A DNA stretch of 64,000 nucleotides from contig NC_043019.1 of the NCBI RefSeq assembly GCF_006345805.1, forward strand, positions 9,423,360 through 9,487,359. The letters run 5' to 3'. This DNA comes from Octopus sinensis (lineage: Eukaryota). A model generated the notes under the pieces. It was not told the origin of the DNA and ran no database searches. It was given only the letters and a program-made list of their open reading frames with translations. Positions within the stretch are counted from its first letter, which is position 1. Every line of letters begins with the position of its first letter. Shown here one piece after another: positions 57,051 through 64,000 of the stretch. The translations under genes were made by a program, and so were the position numbers.

Positions 57051-57818
57051 AAAGATAGATAGAGAGGTAGACAGACAGAGAAACAAAGAAAGTTATTGTG
57101 TGTTTGTTGTACGGCAAATATGACTGAAAGAACCAACAATGGTTTCTGACTTCAACCGAAGGCCAGGAATTTTGATGGGCGAGGAGCAGAATTTAAAAAT
57201 GTTTGTGACATAATTTTTTAGATCGGGTGTGGGGGGGGGTCGTTGGTCTCCTATAACAATTGTCATGAGAAAAAAAAAACAATGATGCACAGAAGAGGTG
57301 GGTGGTCTGTGATAGGGTTGGGGTGGGGTTGGATGTGATGGGCGCCGAGGCGCATTGTTTTGGGATGCAACATCTGGCATATTTAATGAACATCTGACTC
57401 CCGATGACCATCTGTAGCATATTTGTATGAATGAATATACACACAGAGGGAGAGAGAGAGAGAGAGAGCTAGATAGAACGCGCGCGTGCGTGTGATGGAC
57501 TACAAAATGATCCAATTAATATATTCATAAACATATTTATGCATATTAATGAGTGTAAACACAGCAATTATTTATCTGTGTATGCTCGCGCATGCGCACA
57601 CGCACACACATTCAAAATTAACACAAAAGGGAGCCAAAACGCACAAGGGCACGTGCCATAAATTTGGATGAGCCCACAGAAAATGGGCAAAACACTGCAC
57701 ACACACACACACACACACACATGCACACATACACACACACATGCACACACATATACAGACAGACAGTTATACGTTTCAGCAACGCGGCTGCGGTCGTGCT
57801 GGAGCATGTACACACATG

Positions 57819-57849
<31 letters not shown>

Positions 57850-58238
57850 GGTCAATATAGCTCTGGGTATGGAATTTATCTTAGAAATCCATTAATCCAA
57901 AACGAACACTATTTTCACACACACACACCGTCTACCCATTCTCTCTCTCTCTCCCTCCCCTCTTCCTCCCCTCTCTCTCTCTCTTCCCCTCTTCCTCCAC
58001 TCTTCCTCCCGTCTCTCTCTCTCTCTCCCCTCTTCCTCCCCTCTCTCTCTCTCTCCTCCTCTCTCTCTCTCTCCTCCTCTCTCACACTCGCTCCTACAAA
58101 CATTGATTATAATATATAAAACCGACACCAGCTTGTTCTGCTTAGTTGCTTTAAAATATATTTTTGTAATTTAAACTAAATTTCATTTGATCCCAGATAT
58201 TCCTTATGCATATGTGCGTATTGTAGTCACACACACAC

Positions 58239-58286
<48 letters not shown>

Positions 58287-58499
58287 ACATGCATTGTTAA
58301 TATTGTTCAACAGTATGCATAATGTATACGGTGTATTGACCGTGGAAATAGGCAATATCTTGTGTGTGTTTGTGTGTTTCGAGCAGTCAAGCAGTTCTTT
58401 GAGGTCGTGAGTACTTATTAGAAATGTTTACGGTTATATAGTTCAGAATAATCACCACGCGTTATAGGAAACATGTCTCTCTGACACAAATACATACGT

Positions 58500-58535
<36 letters not shown>

Positions 58536-58890
58536 TATGGTGTTCAGGCTAAATCTGACAGTTTGCACAAAAGGAGAATAAAACACAAACCCAAAAGCAT
58601 CAACTAGATAATGGCTTCAGCTCCCACTACGGCCTCAAGACGGCTCCAGAACCCGGTGCATGTGCTCCTCACTAAGCCCCTAAAAAGGTCTTTGAACATG
58701 TCCTTGATCTCGGCCACCAGCTCAGCTTTAGTGTTGCAGGTAGAGCGGTTGGTGTCTTTGTCGACAACAGCCCACACATGGTAATCAATTGGGTTACAAA
58801 TGGGAGGAATCTGGAGGCCAAAAATTGCGACTGGTGAAGTCGTAGAAATTCTCCGGCAACCGGAGGAAAGGCAAGAAGCCATCAGCACTG
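58536..58890 (-). mobile_element. Tc1/mariner (maT/DD37D-like) transposase C-terminus plus terminal inverted repeat end
   Basis: ENFYDFTSRNFWPPDSSH, then a frameshift, then CNPIDYHVWAVVDKDTNRSTCNTKAELVAEIK...SRLEAVVGAE matches the WPP.SPD.NP.DY..W catalytic motif. A TIR-like end GGTGTTCAGGCTAAATCTGACAG abuts a (TA)n run, consistent with a TA target. Confidence 0.85.
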
Positions 58891-59044
58891 TGCAGTGTCT
58901 AGCATATTGGTGCAGCCATGCAAAATAATTTATTATGCGCTGAAATTATTTTAACATGATGAAGGCTGCAAAATGGCCGTTACTCTATGGATATCAAACG
59001 GTTCGATAAATATATTCACCTTTCATGCCCTCGAACATTTTATG

Positions 59045-59308
<264 letters not shown>

Positions 59309-59409
59309 TATGTACATCAAGACATATCAGAAAGGCTTTTATCTTGAATGCCCAGTCGACATATTTCGCCTATAACACGCGACTTAATGCCGAGGCTGCT
59401 CTGCTCATT

Positions 59410-59500
59410 CATCAGTTGAATCCTTCAACTAGCCATGTCCTTGAGCAAGGTACTTCATTCCTCATTGCTGCAATCTCTTCAGCTGTAATGTGTAACAGCA
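59410..59500 (+). mobile_element. Old SINE core fragment
   Basis: TGTCCTTGAGCAAGGTACTTCATTCCTCATTGCT...CAGCTGTAA resembles the widespread metazoan SINE central domain. Confidence 0.4.
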
Positions 59501-59909
59501 GAAGACTGGTGGATGCAATCTCCTTTCTGTCTAAACGGTGCAGCCTGGATTTTCCTTTCAGTTAATGGATGAAAGGCTTCGAGAGGGAGTGTGTGTGTGG
59601 AGGGGCCTCGAAGAACAAAAGCACCTGCAAGAAGGAAAACCTGTTACAGAGTCCTGACTCGCTTATGATTTACAAGTGACAGAATGAGACTCTTATTCGG
59701 GTTACATACAGCATCATGAATGATAAACATGTCTGGGTGACATGGATCGCATTTGAAGTGACATATCGGCCGGATTTATTTCTCTAACAAATAACAGCAA
59801 TTGTATAAGACGTATGGGTGGAGGACACACATATAACTGTGCTCTGCCTGTATTTATTGTATTCAGTCTCTGTCAGTTAACATAATGTAATACTTTGTTA
59901 GCATGTATA

Positions 59910-59969
<60 letters not shown>

Positions 59970-60024
59970 GCGCATGGTTTTAACTAAAGGACGTATCGAA
60001 TAATCTCTAACATATGCATATATA

Positions 60025-60073
<49 letters not shown>

Positions 60074-60180
60074 GCACATATATATATTTATATTACATAA
60101 CATGTATATTACACTCCGACACTCGGGCTGTTCGTTCTTAGCCCAAATATAAATTTAGCCAAGTGAACGCGTATTTGCAA

Positions 60181-60218
60181 ACTGATTTATTTTCTGCCAA
60201 CACTAACTTCAGGTATGT
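60181..60218 (+). promoter_or_regulatory. Weaker second acceptor-donor fusion (possible recursive site)
   Basis: ACTGATTTATTTTCTGCCAACACTAACTTCAG|GTATGT with the junction at 60212/60213. It has a branch-like CTGAT and a strong donor hexamer, but an interrupted pyrimidine tract. Confidence 0.25.
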
Positions 60219-60617
60219 AGTTGCAGCCAATAACTCGGGCTCCTTTTATTGAGTCTGGTTGCAGTTCATTTATTTTCGTTCAGCTTCTGATGCTCGTCTT
60301 AGAGGTGTCCTGTCTCAAAAAATATCATTCATAGCAGATGTTCTCTCGACATCGTCCACACGCGCCTGACTTGGGCTCTGAAGTTACAGCCCCTGTTGTT
60401 ATCTATAATCGTAAAAATTAAAATATTATTCAAATTCAATGTTAACTTGAAATAATAAATTTCTGTAGCGATTTAAATTCCAAACGAAAAATTACCCAGC
60501 AACTCGGACTAATTAGAACGAGCCTGGTAGGTGTGAAAGACTAACTGGCATCTCTTGTCAAGAGTACAGGTGAGAGTCAGATCACTGATGTTTGTTGTGC
60601 ACTCAGCTGTCGTTATT

Positions 60618-60657
<40 letters not shown>

Positions 60658-61557
60658 CAGTGCACTTACTGTTAATAAATATTTGAGACAACATCAATAA
60701 TTTGCAGAGATTTCTATCGATATTCTCAGAATGCCTTTTTTCCATTTCTTTTTCCTTTTAACTATTTATATTTTGCCGCTGTAACTTTCTCTTTCTCATC
60801 AAATGTTATTTCAGAATGTTACTTCGCTGATAAATATTTTCGTTTGCAAATCAAACCATTTTTCCTTACTTATCTTATCCGATAACTTTATGAACACAGA
60901 ACAAAAACTCAACGCAAAGATTATCTTGGTTTTGCTAGTTGTATTAGCGTTCACAGGATTACCTGATTAGTCATGTACACAGTATTGCTGTATTGTGTGT
61001 GCATATGATATGATTGATATATATATATATATATATACAGATAGATAGATAAAGAGAGAGAGAGAGAACATGAGTAAGTTCCCCTAAAGTCCTTAATCTT
61101 TACGAACAATCTTCCACAGTCAACTTGAAGAAGTTGATCCTGTTAAGTTGGTGAATAAATTGGGACTGGAATCGTTTGCGAATGTTTCGTTCTGTTCTAA
61201 AAGAGATTTCACTCTGTGATTGCCAAATATTCATAGACTAACATTGGTCTGATTACACATAATTTGGAAAGTCTGCGTGTGTATGGATCATTTCAACGTT
61301 TCTGGGACAATGTGTGAATACATTGCGAAAGTTAAAAAGACAAAATTAAGTGCTAATTAAGTTACTAAATGGCAGGAATATTGAGACCGGCTTGTCTAAC
61401 TCAGCCAATTTTCCCAAAAGTCCATATCAATTCATTCATATGTGGTTGTACACATGACCTCAGAACCTCACCGGACGTAACTAGATACCGCAAACCATGT
61501 TAGCTTCAAATGATAACATGCTTATGTCGGTGAAATAATAATGATAATAACAACAAC

Positions 61558-61596
<39 letters not shown>

Positions 61597-61645
61597 CTAA
61601 ACTGTTTTTGTTTTTTGTGAATATATGAAATGATGATAATAATAA

Positions 61646-61673
61646 TTATTTTTGTTCTCTTTTCCAGGTAAGT
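61646..61673 (+). promoter_or_regulatory. Candidate recursive splice site (ratchet point): 3' acceptor fused to a 5' donor
   Basis: TTATTTTTGTTCTCTTTTCCAG|GTAAGT with the junction at 61667/61668. There is no AG from 61504 to 61665. It is on the same strand as cpo, 37.7 kb after the exon-1 donor. Confidence 0.55.
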
Positions 61674-61712
61674 TGAATTTCTTCAGCAATTTATTGTCGA
61701 ACAGAATATCAG
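61668..61712 (+). other. Candidate 45-nt cryptic RS/poison exon
   Basis: Bounded by the acceptor above and a downstream CAG|GTAAAC donor (GT at 61713). In the phase-0 cpo frame it reads GTA AGT TGA, giving a stop at codon 3. Confidence 0.4.
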
Positions 61713-61784
61713 GTAAACCAATGTTTTATCGGCTTCCTTACATGTCATTTTCAGTGTGCGTGTGTGTGTTCCTCTCAGCCTATT

Positions 61785-61824
<40 letters not shown>

Positions 61825-62048
61825 TCTCTTACCATCTAAGGTGTCCTTATTTTCAATCTCCTCCTCCCAAATGGTCAGCCTGCGTGGATGGTGTTTAGCG
61901 CCTCCTCCTCCTTCATCCGGAAGACGTTGGTCTAAACACGTTCTCACCATCAACATCAAACTTTTACTTAGACGTGTGTTCTTTTTTGGCTACAGGTCAG
62001 ATATGATCCGATAGACCTACTCTCAAAGACAACCTCGCCGTGGCTACA

Positions 62049-62093
<45 letters not shown>

Positions 62094-62507
62094 CTCCAAT
62101 GTAAAAATATCGAACAGCTGTTAAATAGTCCGGCTTTAGATTGGTAACCTTCCGTGCACCGTTCAGGCGGTCGTTGTCAATCACAAAAGATCGCACGTGA
62201 CGTTCCTCATCCTCAACTCTCTTCTTTCCATAGTGATGAGATGTACGTTGGTTGACGTTCCCCTAGGCTTATATCCCATTTTGAACCACTACAATAAAAT
62301 CGCTGCAGTGTGCTTTCAGTCATTTTTAATTTGGCAGCCAAAAATAAACGAGGATAAACAGTAAAAAACCAAAACCGTAAATCAATCGGCCGAGATCTGC
62401 TCTTCAAATTCCCATCAACAGAGATAAACGAACGATTGTTCTAAATTAAGCATCAATGGTGAAAATAAAACCGCACTTATTGTTTTTGGCAGCAAGCAAA
62501 TAATAAC

Positions 62508-62538
<31 letters not shown>

Positions 62539-62574
62539 TTAATAATAGTTTCACATTTACGCATAAACCGGCAG

Positions 62575-62685
62575 TTTCAGGGAAGGGGATAAATCGATTA
62601 CAGCGACCCCAGTGCCCAACTGCTATTTAGTTCATCGATCTCCGAAATGATGAAAGTTAAAATCAACCGCGGTGGAATTTGAACT
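62575..62685 (-). mobile_element. Family-B SINE fragment (antisense)
   Basis: ATCGATTACAGCGACCCCAGTG...TTCATCGATC...GGTGGAATTTGAACTC. Confidence 0.7.
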
Positions 62686-62689
62686 CAGC

Positions 62690-63000
62690 ATGTAAAATTA
62701 TTTTGAACGCATTGAAGACCCAGCTTATGAGAAGGACAGGGTAAGCCTTCTTGACTCGTTGAAGATAGCAATCGGAAAGATGACTTCCCTCTTGCTTTGC
62801 GGGAAGGACTGTTTCAACGAAGTTGCGTCTTGTCCTTACCTTCGTAACATGGAGTAGACGAAACAGGGACAACTGAAGAAGGGGAATATTCCTTGTGTTG
62901 TATGTCTCGTACTCTGTTTTTCGTTGTTTGAAAACAAGTTCGTTTTTATGTTTTCGTTTCTCATTGTGTTCAACGTTTTTTTGGTGTCCTGTACCCATAT
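62690..63000. mobile_element. Unclassified interspersed repeat fragment
   Basis: GACGAAACAGGGACAACTGAAGAAGGGGAATATTCCTTG...TTCGTTTCTCATTGTGTTC is a sequence I recall as a common octopus repeat. It is single-copy in this window and the class is not determined. Confidence 0.3.
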
Positions 63001-63065
63001 ATGCATGTATATATATGTAGGTATGTGCATATATGTATGTATATATGCATATATTTATATATATA

Positions 63066-63102
<37 letters not shown>

Positions 63103-63331
63103 ACGCACACATGCATGTGCGCAGGCACCCACGTACGTCGAAATGATAGAATTCTTTTAAAATATTTCCATATAAAAGTGTTTACAAACGTACGAAACAA
63201 TGACTCGCATTTTACATGTAGAGAGACAGACAGACAGACACAGAGTGATATATATAAACGCGCGCGCACACACGGAGGAGAGAGTAAACAAATTTTATAT
63301 TGCGAAAATAATTTTAGGCGTGTGTGTGTGT

Positions 63332-63377
<46 letters not shown>

Positions 63378-64000
63378 TGTGTCAAGGTCTCTGAAAAATA
63401 GACTGGGAATAACAAACCCGCGTATTCACACACATAAGTTATAACGTGTGTGTGTTTAAATATGTATGCAGGATGGGGAGAGAGAGAGAGACAGACAGAC
63501 AGAGCGCGTGTGAGAGAGAAGACCAGGCCAAAAGACTAAATCGTAAACCCTTGAACAAAGTGGTTAGTCCAGTCGTACTGGTTTTCATGTCATTATTACA
63601 GAACAATAGAATGTATCTGTGTTTCGATTTAGTAGGGATCACACAACCAGGATGGTAGGATGGAAGTGTAGCGTAGATAGAGAGAGAGAGAGAGAGAGAG
63701 AGGTAAGTAGGTAGGTAGGTAGAATGGTGGGTCCCTACGAGTAAGACCAGACCAGTTTTAACAAGCTATTGTTTTTCTCAGAGTAAATTCTTGCAGTCGA
63801 CTCTGGTACTGATTAATTCTCCTCGGGTCAATACGCCGTGCGCAGTGAATTCGCGTCCGATCTCATTAATGGCTCCTATCGTTAAAGTATTCGACATTAT
63901 GTTCAAATTAGAAATAACAACCTTGCCAGAGAGAAATCATCCTGCAGACAGCAACCAGCAAGATTTTTCTGATGAAAAAGTTCACCCAATTCAGTTTCTG

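Noticed and set aside
59350-59420. Minus-strand CTGATGA...GCGAAATATGTC resembling a hammerhead ribozyme core
   Set aside because: Stem I and the base of stem II do not pair on manual inspection, and the CTGATGA overlaps a competing hairpin (AGTTGAA/TTCAACT).
62855-62905. GACGAAAC...CTGAAGA motif pair suggesting a permuted hammerhead
   Set aside because: Only 8 nt lie between the core halves, too few for stems III and I.

Overview
This is eukaryotic, intron-rich DNA, most likely from a cephalopod (Octopus). That inference rests on the tRNA-derived SINE families and the very high (TA)n/(CA)n/(GA)n microsatellite load. Almost all ORFs in the supplied track are microsatellite read-through. One real coding exon is recognisable at 23830-23937 (+): MRSNEMTAHTSPSLNTETSISLSQSMDSVNTTPEEE, followed by a GAG|GTAAGT donor. 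It matches, from memory, the LSQSMDSVNT..EEE motif just before the RRM of Couch potato/RBPMS. I did not find the next exon (VRTLFVSGLP...) by eye, so the remaining ~40 kb appears to be a single large intron. The most interesting signal lies inside that intron at 61667/61668: a strong acceptor fused directly to a consensus donor (TTATTTTTGTTCTCTTTTCCAG|GTAAGT). A second donor 45 nt downstream defines a stop-containing cryptic exon. This is the architecture of a recursive splice site, and a weaker candidate sits at 60212/60213. The window also holds decayed transposons (Chapaev-like, two RTE-like LINE RTs, Penelope-like, mariner/maT), many SINEs, two microsatellite-bounded tandem duplications, a ~370-bp foldback element, a palindromic E-box cluster and a 100-N assembly gap. 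All family assignments come from motif recall, not from database searches.
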